64,000 nt of DNA from Polyangiales bacterium. Lineage in GTDB: Bacteria; Myxococcota_A; Polyangia; Polyangiales; JADJQN01. This document shows positions 9,432 to 20,844 of this stretch, piece after piece. How positions within the stretch are numbered: the first letter of the stretch is position 1; the number at the start of each line of letters is the position of its first letter. The stretch spans positions 480,001 through 544,000 of the forward strand of contig CAXNJO010000001.1 of the NCBI GenBank assembly GCA_964202905.1, given 5' to 3'. Position numbers and translations under genes: made by a program. The notes under the pieces were generated by a model, which worked only from the letters and a program-made list of their open reading frames with translations, was not told where the DNA came from and made no database searches.

Positions 9432-12069
9432 TCAGGCGCTCGCGCGGGGCGCGTTGGGGATGAGCGCGAGCTCCTCGCGCGCGCCGTTGCCCGGGCGCTT
9501 GCCGAAGCCGAGCTCGCCGCCGACGCCGACGTCGATGATCACGACGTCGCCCGAGGCGTAGCGTCCCGCGAGCAGGTCCTGCGCGAGCGGGTTCTCGATG
9601 AGGCGCTGGATGGCGCGCTTCAGGGGGCGGGCGCCGAAGGTCGGGTCGTAGCCGACCTGACCGAGCAGGTCCTTCGCGGCGTCGCTGATCTCGAGCGCGA
9701 GCCCGCGCGCGCCGAGCCGCTTCTCGAAGCGGGTGAGCTGGATCTCGACGATGCGACGGATCTGCGCGCGATCGAGGCGGTGGAACACGACCGTCTCGTC
9801 GAGGCGGTTGAGGAACTCCGGGCGGAAGTGCGCGCGGAGGTCCTCCATGACGGCGCGGCGCATGCGGTCGTCGTCGTCGATCGACTGGATGTGCGTCGAG
9901 CCCACGTTGCTCGTCAGGACGATGACCGCGTTCTTGAAGTCGACGGTGCGCCCCTGGCCGTCGGTGAGGCGGCCGTCGTCGAGCACCTGGAGCAGGACGT
10001 TCCAGATGTCGGGGTGGGCCTTCTCGACCTCGTCGAAGAGGATCACCTGATAGGGCCGGCGCCGCACGGGCTCGGTGAGCTGGCCGCCCTCGTCGTAGCC
10101 GACGTAGCCCGGCGGCGCGCCGACGAGCCGCGACACGGAGTGCTTCTCCATGTACTCGCTCATGTCGAGGCGCAGCATCGCGCGCTCGTCGTCGAAGAGG
10201 AACTCGGCGAGCGCGCGCGCGAGCTCCGTCTTGCCGACGCCCGTGGGCCCGAGGAAGAGGAAGGAGCCGATCGGGCGGCTCTCCTCGCCGAGCCCCGCGC
10301 GCGAGCGGCGCACGGCGTGCGCGACGGCGACCGTCGCGGCGTCCTGGCCGACGACGCGCTGACGCAGGCGCTCCTCCATGCCGAGGAGCTTCTGCCGTTC
10401 GCTCTCGAGCATCCGCGTGACGGGCACGCCCGTCCACTTCGACACGATCGCGGCGATGTCCTCCTCGGTGACCTCCTCCTTCAGGAAAGAGCCCTCGCGC
10501 TGCAGGTCGGCGAGCCGCTGCTGCGCCGCGACGACCTCGCGCTCGGCCTCGGGGATCTCGCCGTATTGCAGGCGCGCGGCGGTCTCGAACTGCGTCGCCC
10601 GCTGCGCGCGCTCGAGATCCGTCTTGAGCTGCTCGACGCGCGCCTTGCTGCTGCGGATCGCGCCGATGAGCTCCTTCTCGCGGAGCCACTGCGCGCGCAT
10701 GGTGTTCTTCTTCTCGGCGAGCTCACCGATCTCGCGGTCGAGCTCGAGGATGCGCGCGGTCGAGCCCTCGTCGCGCTCCTTCTTGAGGGCCTGCCGCTCG
10801 ACCTCCGCGTGCACGAGCCGGCGCTCGACGGCGTCGATCTCGTGGGGCATCGAGTCGATCTCCATCTTCAGCTTGGACGCGGCCTCGTCGACGAGGTCGA
10901 TGGCTTTGTCCGGCAGGAAGCGGTCCGTGATGTAGCGGTTCGAGAGCGCCGCGGCCGCGACGATCGCGCCGTCCTGGATGCGGATGCCGTGGTGGACCTC
11001 GTAGCGCTCTTTGAGACCACGCAGGATGGCAATGGTGTCTGGCACGCTCGGCTCGCCGGCGAACACGGGCTGGAAGCGCCGCGCGAGCGCCGCGTCCTTC
11101 TCGATGTGTTTCTGGTACTCGGCGAGCGTCGTCGCGCCGATGCACCGCAGCTCGCCGCGCGCGAGGGCGGGCTTGAGCATGTTGCCCGCGTCCATCGAGC
11201 CCTCGGCCTTGCCCGCGCCGACGAGCGTGTGCAGCTCGTCGATGAAGAGCACGACGCGGCCCTCCGCGCCCTCGATCTCCTTGAGCACCGACTTGAGGCG
11301 CTCCTCGAACTCACCGCGGAACTTGCTCGCCCGCGATGAGCGCCCCGAGGTCGAGCGAGAGCAGGCGCTTGTCCTTGAGCGACTCGGGCACGTCGCCCTG
11401 CGCGATGCGCTGCGCGATGCCCTCGACGATCGCCGTCTTGCCGACGCCGGGCTCGCCGATGAGCACGGGGTTGTTCTTCGTGCGGCGCGAGAGGACCTGC
11501 ATGACGCGGCGGATCTCTTCGTCGCGGCCGATGACCGGGTCGATCTTGCCGGCGCGCGCGGCCGCGGTGAGGTCGCGCGTGTATTTGTCGAGCGACTGGA
11601 AGCGCGACTCGGCCTCCGGGTCGTCGACGCGTTGGCCGCCGCGCACCTCCTTCATCGCGGCGGCGAGCTTCTCGCGCGTGACGCCGCGCGCGACGAGCAT
11701 CTTCGCGAGCTCGTCCTTCTGTGACAGGGCCGCGAGAAACACGTGCTCCGCGGAGGTGTATTCGTCCTTCATCGCTTCGGTCTCGGCCCACGCCGCGCCG
11801 AGCACCTCGCGGAAGCGCCGCGAGACGTTGGGCTCCGAGCCGCCCTGCACGCGGGGCATCTTGTCGAGGATGGCCTCGAGCTCCGTGCGCACCTTGCGCG
11901 GATCGGCGCCGGCCTTCTGCAGCGTGGGCGCGGCGACGCCCTCCGGCTGCGCGAGCAGCGCGAGGAGCAGGTGCTCCGGGTAGAGCTCGGGGTTGCCGCG
12001 CTTGGTGGCTTCCTGCTGGGCGCCTGCGAGGGCCTCACGGGTCTTCGTGGTCAGTCGGTCGAGCCTCAT
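9432..12069 (-). CDS. clpB: ATP-dependent chaperone ClpB, one frameshift near 11328
   Basis: Two ORFs join at [16 protein letters not shown]; two AAA modules ([17 protein letters not shown]), coiled-coil M domain, FGARPLKR. Confidence 0.95.
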
Positions 12070-12161
12070 GACTGCATCGCTCCTCTTGGGCAGATGACGC
12101 ACCGGCTTGCCGGGGCGACGAGACCCTAAGCACGCGAAAGATGGCGTCAACGGGACCGTTC

Positions 12162-12671
12162 GTGACTACGCTCCACGCCGTGCGCCCCCTCGCCGTCCTC
12201 TCGCTCTCGCTACTCTCGTGGCTCGTCGGCTGCGGCGGCACGACCTCCGCGGACGCGCGCTACTCCACCCCCGAGCACACGCTCGCGACCGTTCTCGCGT
12301 CCTACGGGCTGACGGGCCTCACGCCGGACGAGGTACGCACGATGCGGCGCGAGCGTCGGCTGCGCCTGCAGGATCCCGTCGCCTACCACGCGTGCTTCGT
12401 GCGCTTCGACAGCTACCTCGACGAGGCGCTCGCGGGCTACATCGTCGGCGCGCTCGCCGAGAACCCGGAGCCCGTGCAGCCGCAGATCGTCGGGGACGTC
12501 GCGCGCGTGCCGATCGCGGGCAAGACGACGATCGTGCTGCGCAAGAAGGACGGCGCGTGGCGCATCGACCTCGACACGAGCGTCTCGTCGACGATGCGCG
12601 CGAAGCTGCAGGACGTCGTGCGCCGCGCGGAGAAGATGACGCGTCGGCACGGCGCGCTGCCCGCGCCCTGA
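12162..12671 (+). CDS. Hypothetical lipoprotein
   Basis: Lipobox [17 protein letters not shown] hairpin typical of NTF2-like lipoproteins; start uncertain (12141 or 12162). Confidence 0.65.
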   Translation: MTTLHAVRPLAVLSLSLLSWLVGCGGTTSADARYSTPEHTLATVLASYGLTGLTPDEVRTMRRERRLRLQDPVAYHACFVRFDSYLDEALAGYIVGALAENPEPVQPQIVGDVARVPIAGKTTIVLRKKDGAWRIDLDTSVSSTMRAKLQDVVRRAEKMTRRHGALPAP

Positions 12672-12713
12672 GGCGCGCACGGGGCGCGCGCTCGTGACGG
12701 ACTGAATCGCGGT

Positions 12714-14606
12714 TCAGTGCGCCGTGGTGTCGGTCGCCGCGGGCAGGTAGGGTGTGATGTCGAGCGGGCCGCGCGCGTCGTCGGAGAGCACCAGCTCGAG
12801 TGCCTCGAGCTCGCGCGAGGCGGGCGCGAACTTGCGCGCGCGCTGCGTGCTGTCGCGCGCGGCGTCGCGGTCGCCGACGGCCGCGTAATAGAGCGCGTCG
12901 TTGTAGAAGAGCCAGAGCAGGCCATCGCGCGTGCCCGGCTCCGTCGCGCCGAGGCCGAGCCGCGCGAGGAGCGTCGTGAGCACCGCGTCGCGACCCGTGC
13001 GGCCCGCGCGCTCGTCGGCTTCGGTCGCGCCGTCCGCGAGGACCTCGTGGAAGCCGCCGCGCGGCACGAGCGTCTCGTAGAGCGCGTGCGGCACGCGCAC
13101 GTCGAGCTCGAGGAGGACCGGCCGGCTGTTCGCGAGGCTCTGCAGGGCGGGCAGGCGCAGATCGCCCTCGAGCAGGACGCTCCGCAGCAGCGGCGCGAGA
13201 TCGGGGTCGCGGTGCACGAGCGCGTCCACCATGCCCGGATAGGCGAGGAAGGGCATCGGTACGAGCGTGACGTCGGGCCGCAGCCGCTCGCTCGCCTCGG
13301 CGCCCCAGAAGCGGAACACCGTCGAGGGCGCGTACGCGAGGAGCACCGCGCCCTGTGGCAGCGCGCGTCGTCGCGCGTCGTCGACGTCGTCGGTCGCGGA
13401 GAAGCGCGCGAGCGACGTGCGCGCGTGGCCGTGCTTCGCCTGCGCGAGGCCGAGCGCGGCGAGCAGGAACGCGACGGCGATCGCGGCGCGGCTCGGTCGG
13501 AGGGTGCCTCCGCGACCGACGAGCGTGAGCACCGTCCCGACGAACGACGCCGCGAGCGCGGCCGCAGCGCCGAAGGCGGGCATCAGGTAGCCGAGCGCGT
13601 CCGGGTTCGCGCGCACGAAGCCGAGCCACGCGCGCGCGGCGACGAACACCACGAACACCGCGCCCCACACGAAGCCGAGCCGCCGCGCGCCCGGCGTCCG
13701 CGCGAGCGTGTAGAGCCCGCAGAGCGCGAGCAGCAGCGGGATCGCGTGCAGGCTGTCGACGAGCTGCACGAGCACGTCGAGCACCCGGTCGCCGAGGGGC
13801 TCGGGCGCGAGCTCGTTCGTGTGCTGGTACACGCGCGCGCTCACCACCCAGAAGAGCCGATCGAGATCGGTCGGCGCGCCGAGGTTCGGCACGGGCGCGC
13901 GGGCCGCGCGGAGCGGGAGGTACACGTAGGTCGAGAGCCCGACGAGCAGCGCTCCGCCGGCGACCAGCAGCGGCCGCTGGCCGCGCGCGCGCAGCACGCG
14001 GGCGAGCGTCGGCGCGAGCGCGGGCAGCAGCAGGAACGCGAGGAAGTGGTGGTTCGCGAGGGCGAGCCCGACGCAGAGCGCCGCGACGTAGAGCGGCCGC
14101 ACGTCGAGCGTCGGCCACGCGGCCTCGAGGTGCACGACGCGCTCGAGCGCCACGCAGACGAGCGCGGCCTGCAGCGCGTAGACCTCGGGGCGCACGGCCT
14201 GCAGCCAGAAGCCGTGCGAGCACGCCGCGAGCCACGTCGCGCCGACCGCGAGCGGCAGCGACACCGCCGCGCTCGCGACGCCCGCGCTCCGCACCGTCGT
14301 CTCGATCGCGCGGAAGAGCGCGCCGGCCGCGATCGCCGCGCACAGCGCGCCGAGGATCGCGACGCGCCACGGCAGTGGGCCGAGCGGGATCAGCGTGACG
14401 AGCTTGCCGAGCACGGCCGCGAGCGGGTGCCCGGGCGGGTGCGCGATGCCGAGATCGACGGCCTGTGCGACGAACTCCGCCGAGTCGAGCCAGCCGTCGT
14501 GCATCGAGGACGTCGCGACGTAGAGCGCGAAGGGCACGCCCGCGGCGAGCGCCAGCGCCACGAGGCGCACGCGCGGGTCGCCGTCCCTCCTCGGCACGAG
14601 CGTCAT
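12714..14606 (-). CDS. DUF2723 (TMEM260-like) polytopic GT-C membrane protein
   Basis: DSAEF...LGIAHPPGHP, QAVRPEVY, GLALANH, YVYLPLRA motifs; multiple TM helices; TPR-like tail. Confidence 0.88.
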   Translation of the reverse strand: MTLVPRRDGDPRVRLVALALAAGVPFALYVATSSMHDGWLDSAEFVAQAVDLGIAHPPGHPLAAVLGKLVTLIPLGPLPWRVAILGALCAAIAAGALFRAIETTVRSAGVASAAVSLPLAVGATWLAACSHGFWLQAVRPEVYALQAALVCVALERVVHLEAAWPTLDVRPLYVAALCVGLALANHHFLAFLLLPALAPTLARVLRARGQRPLLVAGGALLVGLSTYVYLPLRAARAPVPNLGAPTDLDRLFWVVSARVYQHTNELAPEPLGDRVLDVLVQLVDSLHAIPLLLALCGLYTLARTPGARRLGFVWGAVFVVFVAARAWLGFVRANPDALGYLMPAFGAAAALAASFVGTVLTLVGRGGTLRPSRAAIAVAFLLAALGLAQAKHGHARTSLARFSATDDVDDARRRALPQGAVLLAYAPSTVFRFWGAEASERLRPDVTLVPMPFLAYPGMVDALVHRDPDLAPLLRSVLLEGDLRLPALQSLANSRPVLLELDVRVPHALYETLVPRGGFHEVLADGATEADERAGRTGRDAVLTTLLARLGLGATEPGTRDGLLWLFYNDALYYAAVGDRDAARDSTQRARKFAPASRELEALELVLSDDARGPLDITPYLPAATDTTAH

Positions 14607-14741
14607 GGCGCGATCATCCTACGGCGCGCGCGGCCGTGTGCGCCATGTTCCGCGCGGGTTCGCGCGGACGCGTACTCCCCGTTCCGCGCCGGCGCGCGGT
14701 CGTCCGTGGACGAGGCGGCGCCCGTCGTCAGTGGATGAGGG

Positions 14742-15134
14742 TCAGTGGATGAGGCGGCGCCCGTCTTGGCAGGCGCTCTCGAGCGCCTCGCGCAGCTCAT
14801 CGAGAATGAATGGCACCTGCAACTGGATGACGTCTGCGCCGACGTGCGCGGGCGGCTGGTCGCGGCTGAGGATGACGAGCGGCGGCGTGTCGTCGCCGAG
14901 CGCCTCGCGCAGGGCGGCCGAGACGGAGGAGAAGGCCTCGCCGCTGAGCAGGTCGACGAGCACCGTCGAGGGGTGCAGGCGACCGCACGAGCGGAGCGCC
15001 GCCTCGGCCGTGTCCGCGTGGACGGCGCCGAAGCCCCACGCCGCGAGCGCCTCTCCGAGGGCCTCCGCGAGCGCGCGATCCGGGCTGAGCACGAGCACCT
15101 GGTGCAGCTGGGCCTCCGGCGCGAGCAGGGACAT
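14742..15134 (-). CDS. Atypical single-domain response-regulator receiver
   Basis: Receiver-fold pattern VLVLSPD...PSTVLVDL...PLVILS...LQVPFILDEL. Confidence 0.7.
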   Translation of the reverse strand: MSLLAPEAQLHQVLVLSPDRALAEALGEALAAWGFGAVHADTAEAALRSCGRLHPSTVLVDLLSGEAFSSVSAALREALGDDTPPLVILSRDQPPAHVGADVIQLQVPFILDELREALESACQDGRRLIH

Positions 15135-15243
15135 CGGCGGTGCGTTCCGCATGGCGCCTCCGAACGGCGCAGGGGCGCGCGGGCTGAAGCCCCTCCGCGC
15201 GGCGCGCGCGCACACGGCGCTCGGCGTCGCGCTGCGAGGGCGC

Positions 15244-15885
15244 TCAGCGTCGCGCGTCGAGGGCGCGCAGCGAGTCGGCGACGGCTGCGATCCGCGCGGC
15301 CCACTGCCAGGCGGAGTAGCGACCCTCCGGCACGAAGGTCAGCTCCCGCGCCGCCTGCTGCAACGGCGCGCACGCCTCGCGCGCGTTCGCTGCGACGCGC
15401 TCGGGTGCCGCGCGGCCGGGCAGCTCGTCGAAGGCCTGCGCCATGATCCGCGGGCAGCGCGCCTCGGCCCGTGCGAGCGCCGCGGCGAGGCGCGCGGCCT
15501 GCGCGGGCTCGCGGCGAAGCCCGTATTTCTCGCGGAGATTGAGGTGAAAGATCCCGAGCCGCGCGGCGGCCTCGTCGCACGGCCGATCGACGCTCTCGCG
15601 CACGGCCTCGCGCAGGAGCGGCGCGTCGTCCTCGAAGAGCGTCGGGATCAGCTCCGCGGAGAGGTGCGCCTCGCGGGCCGCGCGCACCTCGCGGCAGGCG
15701 ACGCCGAGGATCTTCCTCGCGCGCAGGTTGCGCTCGAGGTTGTAGGCGTAGAGGCACATCGGCACCACGCCGAACATCAGCGCGAGGATCGCCGTGACCT
15801 TGCGCCGGTTCGCGGCGCGGGACGGCGGATGCGCCCCGCGCCCAGCCGGGCCGCCCTCCGCGTGCTCGCTCGCGTCCTGCCTCAT
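15244..15885 (-). CDS. Hypothetical membrane-anchored protein
   Basis: N-terminal TM helix, helical domain with several Cys, GC3-biased codons. Confidence 0.6.
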   Translation of the reverse strand: MRQDASEHAEGGPAGRGAHPPSRAANRRKVTAILALMFGVVPMCLYAYNLERNLRARKILGVACREVRAAREAHLSAELIPTLFEDDAPLLREAVRESVDRPCDEAAARLGIFHLNLREKYGLRREPAQAARLAAALARAEARCPRIMAQAFDELPGRAAPERVAANAREACAPLQQAARELTFVPEGRYSAWQWAARIAAVADSLRALDARR

Positions 15886-16016
15886 CGGCGGGCTCTACCG
15901 CACGGCGCGCCCGTCGCAAGAAGACGGCGCCGCGCGCGCTTGCGCGCACCGGCCTGCGCCCAGCGCGGGCTCGCCGCGCTTCGTCCATGCGGCCACCTCC
16001 GCTAGACTCGCGCTCC

Positions 16017-18388
16017 ATGCCGCGCCGTCCAGGCCCCCGCGAAACACCCCTCCTCGGCGCGCTCGCGCTGTGTCTGCTCGCGGCCTGCGGCGACGACGAC
16101 GGGCCGCCTGCGCCGCCCCCCGTCGTCGACGCCGGCGCGGACGCGGGCATCGATCTCGGCCCGCCCGCGCCGAGCCGCGCGGCCGCGGCGCCGTTCCGGC
16201 AGTGGGTCGATCCGCGCATCGGTTCGGGCGGCGATGGCTTCTCCGTCGGCAGCGCGAGCCCCGGTCCGCAGCGTCCCTTCGGCATGGTGCGCCCAGGCCC
16301 GGACACCTCGCTCCGCGGCAGCGCGCCCGGCTTCTACCACTGCTCGGGCTACTACGCGGACGACGACGAGATCTTCGGTTTCAGCCACACGCGCATGCCC
16401 GGCGTGGGCATCGTCGATTACGGCGCCATCGCCGTCATGCCCGTCACGGGCATGTCCGCCGCGCGCATCCCCCGCGCGGGTCACACCGCCCGTTTCGCGA
16501 AGGAGAGCGAAGACGTTTCCGCCGGCTATTACGGCGTCACGCTCGATGGCGCGATGCCGGGCGAATCCGACATTCGCGTCGAGCTCACCGCGACCGATCG
16601 TGTCGGCGTCCATCGCTGGACGTGGGCGCCGGGCGCCGATGCCGTCGCGATGTTCGACATCGCGCACACCTTCGGCGCACCCGGGGACGTGGAGATTCTC
16701 GATGGGTCGATTCGCGTCGATCCGGATGCGGGCGAGCTGAGCGGATTCGCGCATTTCCGCGGCGGGTACTCTGGGCGCTTCGGCGGATTGCCGGTCTATT
16801 TCGTCGCGCGTTTCTCCGAGCCGTTCACCCGCTTCGGTGTGTGGCGCGGCGGCATGCTCGTCGAGGGCGAGACGGACCGCACCGGCGCGGACACGGGCGC
16901 GTACGTGGGATTCGACGTGACCGATGGCGCGCCCGTCGAGGCGGCCGTCGCGATCTCCTTCGTCGACGTCGATCATGCGCGGCTGAACCTCGAGGCCGAG
17001 CAGCCCGCGATCGACTTCGACGCGGCGCGCGCGGACGCCGAGGCGAGCTGGGAGACGCTGCTCTCGCGCGTCGAGCTCGAGGGCCGCAGTGAGCGCGATT
17101 TCCGCCGCTTCTACACGGCGCTCTATCACGCGCTCGTGATGCCCACGCTCATGTCGGACGTGGACGGCAGCTACCGCGGCATGGACCGCGCGGTGCACGT
17201 CGTCTCGGGCTGGCGCTATCACAGCGACTTTTCCCTCTGGGACACGTTCCGCACGCTCCACCCGCTGCTCACGCTGCTCTATCCCGAGCGGCAGACGGAG
17301 CTGCTCCGCTCGCTCGCGCAGATGGCGATCGACGGCGGCCACATCGATACCTGGCCCCTCGCCGATGGCTACACGGGCGGCATGGTCGGCGAGAGCGCGA
17401 CGATCGTGTTCGCGGATTCCGTCGTGAAGGGGCTCACCGACTTCGACCTGCGCGCGGCCTATGACGCCATGCGCGAGACGGCCGATGGCCCGACGCCGCC
17501 GGGCGCCCGCTACGGCGGCCGCGGCAACCTCGAGGACTACCTCGCGCTCGGCTACATCCCCGAAGAAACGGGGGGATCGAGCGTGTCGAAGACGCTCGAA
17601 TACGCCTACGACGACTGGGCCCTCGCGCGGCTCGCGGAGCACCTCGGCGAGACGGACGATGCGGCGCGCTATCAGGCGCGCTCCGGGAACTGGCGCAATC
17701 ACCTCGACCCGACGAGCGGTTATCTGATCGGGCGCCGCCGCGACGGCAGCTTCCCGCCCGTCGAGACGACGACGGAGTGGAGCGAGTGGTACGCCGAGGG
17801 CAACGTGATGCAGTACACGTATTACGTACCGCACGATCTGCCCGGACTCGCCGCGGCGATGGGCGGGCGTGACGCGTTGCTCGCCGATCTCGACGCCTTG
17901 TTCGAGCGCACGCGCACCGCGCGGCGTGGCATCGGACCCGAGCGCTACTACTGGCACGGCAACGAGCCCGATCTGCATTACGCCTGGATGTACGCGGCGC
18001 TCGGGCGCCCCGAAGGCACGCAGCGCTGGACGCGCTGGATCGTCGAGAACCGCTACGGCGATGGCCCCGATGGCCTGCCCGGCAACGACGACGCGGGCAC
18101 GCTGAGCGCGTGGCTCGTCTTCGCGATGAGTGGTTTCTATTCGCTCGCGGGCGCGCCGGACTACCTCGTCGGCAGCCCGGTCTTCACGCGCGTACGCATG
18201 AAGCTGCCGGGCGGCGACTTCGTGATCGAGGCGCCGGATGCGAGTGTTTCGGCGCGATGTACGTGCGCGGCGCGACGCTCGACGGCGTGCCGCTCGCGCG
18301 CGCGCGTGTCACGCATGCGGACCTCGCGGATGGTGCGACCCTCCGCCTCGAGATGGGCGACACACCGGCAGACTGGGGGCGAGAGTGA
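16017..18388 (+). CDS. GH92 alpha-1,2-mannosidase-family lipoprotein, frameshift near 18255
   Basis: Lipobox LAAC; PFGMVRPGPDT, FSLWDTFR, SKTLEYAYDD, YWHGNEP, GNDDAGTLSAW; C-terminus (YVRGATLDG...LRLEMG) is in another frame. Confidence 0.92.
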
Positions 18389-19137
18389 GCGCGCGGACCT
18401 TTGCGATCGGCGATGTGCACGGCGATGTCGATCAACTCTTCACGCTCCTCGGGCGCCTGCCCGAGCTGACCGCGGACGATCGCCTCGTCTTCCTCGGCGA
18501 TTACGTCGACCGCGGTCCGCGCTCGGCGGAGGTCGTCGAGTTCGTCCGGCGCGTGCTGCCCGATCAAACGCCCGCAGACATCGTCGCCCTGCGCGGCAAC
18601 CACGAAGATGCCTGGCTGCGCGCGGTCTCGAACGGATTTCCCGAGTTCATCATGCCCCGCGGCAATGGCGCGCTCGAGACGATGCGCAGCTATCGCAGCG
18701 AGCCGGCTCCGGGTGAAGACGAGCTGCCGCGCCCCGACGAATATCAGGCGCTCTTCGCGGGGAGCTTCTTCCTCCCCGAGCACCTCGAGTGGTTCGCGAC
18801 CTTGCCTCATTGGTACGAAGACGAGCACGCGATTTACGTGCACGCGGGGCTCCCGCAGCAGAATGGCGTGTTCCTTCATCCGCGCGACGTCGAGAAGAAG
18901 GAAATCCTGCTCTGGCTGCGTACCGAGTCGTTCTTCACCGATTACCGCGGCAAGCGCGTCGTCGTCGGACACACCACCACGGATTGTCTCCCGCAGGAAT
19001 TCTCGTCGTTCACGCCGGGAGATCCCTGCGATCTGTGGGCCGGTGAGGCCGTTTGTGCGCTCGACACCGGCTGCGGCAAGGGCGGATTTTTGACCGCGCT
19101 CGAGCTGCCGGCGCTGCGTGTCTACGAGTCGCGCTGA
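18385..19137 (+). CDS. Calcineurin-like metallophosphoesterase (PPP/PrpA-type Ser/Thr phosphatase)
   Basis: GDVHG, GDYVDRG, RGNHE, VHAG, GHT, DTGC; GTGA overlap with the GH92 stop. Confidence 0.93.
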   Translation: MSARTFAIGDVHGDVDQLFTLLGRLPELTADDRLVFLGDYVDRGPRSAEVVEFVRRVLPDQTPADIVALRGNHEDAWLRAVSNGFPEFIMPRGNGALETMRSYRSEPAPGEDELPRPDEYQALFAGSFFLPEHLEWFATLPHWYEDEHAIYVHAGLPQQNGVFLHPRDVEKKEILLWLRTESFFTDYRGKRVVVGHTTTDCLPQEFSSFTPGDPCDLWAGEAVCALDTGCGKGGFLTALELPALRVYESR

Positions 19138-19174
19138 GCGTTCGCGTCTTCGCGCGCGTCGTCGCGTGCGATTC

Positions 19175-19795
19175 ATGGCGGCGTTCGCTGCGACAATGGT
19201 GTGTGCCTTCGCGGGCCGCGCGCCCGCGGACATGGTCGCCGAACAGCGCGCGCGCCTGCCGCCGCCCGTCGACCCCAGCGTGTGCGGAGATTCCGTCGAG
19301 GGCGACTGGCTCTCGCACGACTTCGACACGCGCTGGAACGAGTGGACGCTCTTCACGCTGCGCGTGCGCCGCAAACCCGGCAGCGACACCGCGCTGATCG
19401 TCGACATCGGCAATCGCAGCTGGGACGGCACCCCCGCGGACAGCGAGCCCCCCGCGCGCTGCACCCCCGGCCTCAAGCACTGGAACGTGACGATGACGGG
19501 CACCGGCGCCGCCTACCCCGATGGCCGCATTCAGATCGACGCGACCTCCTACCGCATCGAGCACGTCTATTGCGCGCGCTGGGCCGCCTACAATCTCGAC
19601 CACTTCACCGGCCGTATCGACACTGAGTTGCAAGAGTTCCAGAGTGTCAACAACGACGGCGGCCGCGCCGTGAACGAGCCGAAGGTCTTCCGCCGCGTGC
19701 GCTGCCTCGCGCCGCCCGCAGCCCCGCACGTCGCCGTCGCCCCGCCACCCTTCTATCCGGCGAGCTGGCAGCGCGGGTGCAGCGTCGGTTGGTGA
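19175..19795 (+). CDS. Hypothetical secreted protein
   Basis: Signal-like N-terminus, Cys/Trp-rich beta domain, strong codon bias; start uncertain. Confidence 0.7.
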   Translation: MAAFAATMVCAFAGRAPADMVAEQRARLPPPVDPSVCGDSVEGDWLSHDFDTRWNEWTLFTLRVRRKPGSDTALIVDIGNRSWDGTPADSEPPARCTPGLKHWNVTMTGTGAAYPDGRIQIDATSYRIEHVYCARWAAYNLDHFTGRIDTELQEFQSVNNDGGRAVNEPKVFRRVRCLAPPAAPHVAVAPPPFYPASWQRGCSVGW

Positions 19796-19819
19796 AGAGG
19801 CCGCTATACTCGCCGCGCC

Positions 19820-20725
19820 ATGCGTCGCACTTCGTCTCGCTCGCGCTTCGTTTCCCATCTCTCCATCGCGGCGTCGCTGCTCGGCCTCACCGCGTGCGGC
19901 GGGCCCACGGAGGCGCAGCGCATCCGCATGAACGGGGTGCACGTCGAGGCGCCCGCCGAGCGCGTCGATGCGGGGCCGCCGCCCGGCAGCGAGCCGCGCC
20001 TGCTCCCGCGCATCCACGCGCAGGGCGACGCGTACCGCCGCGTCGACGAGACGAGCGTGGAGACGGGCGGCCGCACGACGGTGACACGCGTCGAGCGCAC
20101 CGTCACCGTCGACGCCGTCGACGCCGAGGGCATCTTCTCGTTCAGCGAGACGATCACGCGCTACGAGCGCAGCGTGGACGGCCGCGTCGCGACCCCGACG
20201 CGCGAGCAGCGCGACCTCGAGTCGGCGACCATCCGCTACCGCCTCACCGAGCTCGGCGAGCCCGTCGGCGAGCTCGAGATCCTCCGCGCGGGGCGCTTCA
20301 ACGAGTCGCTCCTCCGCGAGCTCGCGCTGCTCTCGATCACGCAGGACACCCTCGATCGCAGCGCTGCGCTGCGCGTCGGCGGGCACCGCGAGGCCGACAC
20401 CGTGCTCGTGCAGGAGCTCGCGCCCGACGCGCGCCCCGAGCTGCGCGTGCACCTCGACTACACCCTCGCCGCGCAGAGCGAGCGCGAGGCGCGCCTCGAC
20501 CTCGACGGCACCGCGGAGCTCCCCGAGACGCAACTCGGTCGCAACAAGATCCGCGGCACCGGCAATCTGAGCGGCCGCTGGACGATCGACCCGCGCGACG
20601 GCTTCGCCGGCACCCGCAACGTCGAGCTGCGCCTCTACACCTCGCGCCGCGACGCCTCGAACCGCCCCGTGGGCGAGACGACCACCTTCCTCGTGCGCTG
20701 GCAGACGAACATCACGCGGCGGTGA
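19820..20725 (+). CDS. Hypothetical lipoprotein
   Basis: Lipobox LTAC; beta-rich; strong GC3 bias. Confidence 0.75.
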   Translation: MRRTSSRSRFVSHLSIAASLLGLTACGGPTEAQRIRMNGVHVEAPAERVDAGPPPGSEPRLLPRIHAQGDAYRRVDETSVETGGRTTVTRVERTVTVDAVDAEGIFSFSETITRYERSVDGRVATPTREQRDLESATIRYRLTELGEPVGELEILRAGRFNESLLRELALLSITQDTLDRSAALRVGGHREADTVLVQELAPDARPELRVHLDYTLAAQSEREARLDLDGTAELPETQLGRNKIRGTGNLSGRWTIDPRDGFAGTRNVELRLYTSRRDASNRPVGETTTFLVRWQTNITRR

Positions 20726-20844
20726 GTCCGTCGCGCCCTGCGCGGCGCGCGCGGCCCCGCCCTGCACGACCCACGCTCGTCCGCGCGTGGGAATCGAGGT
20801 GTGAGTCGAAACCACGCTTCGTACGAGCGTGGGATTCGTGGGGG

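Noticed and set aside
9432..12069. Naturally split or programmed-frameshift ClpB
   Set aside because: The break is inside NBD1, there is no slippery site, and similar indels occur in three other genes
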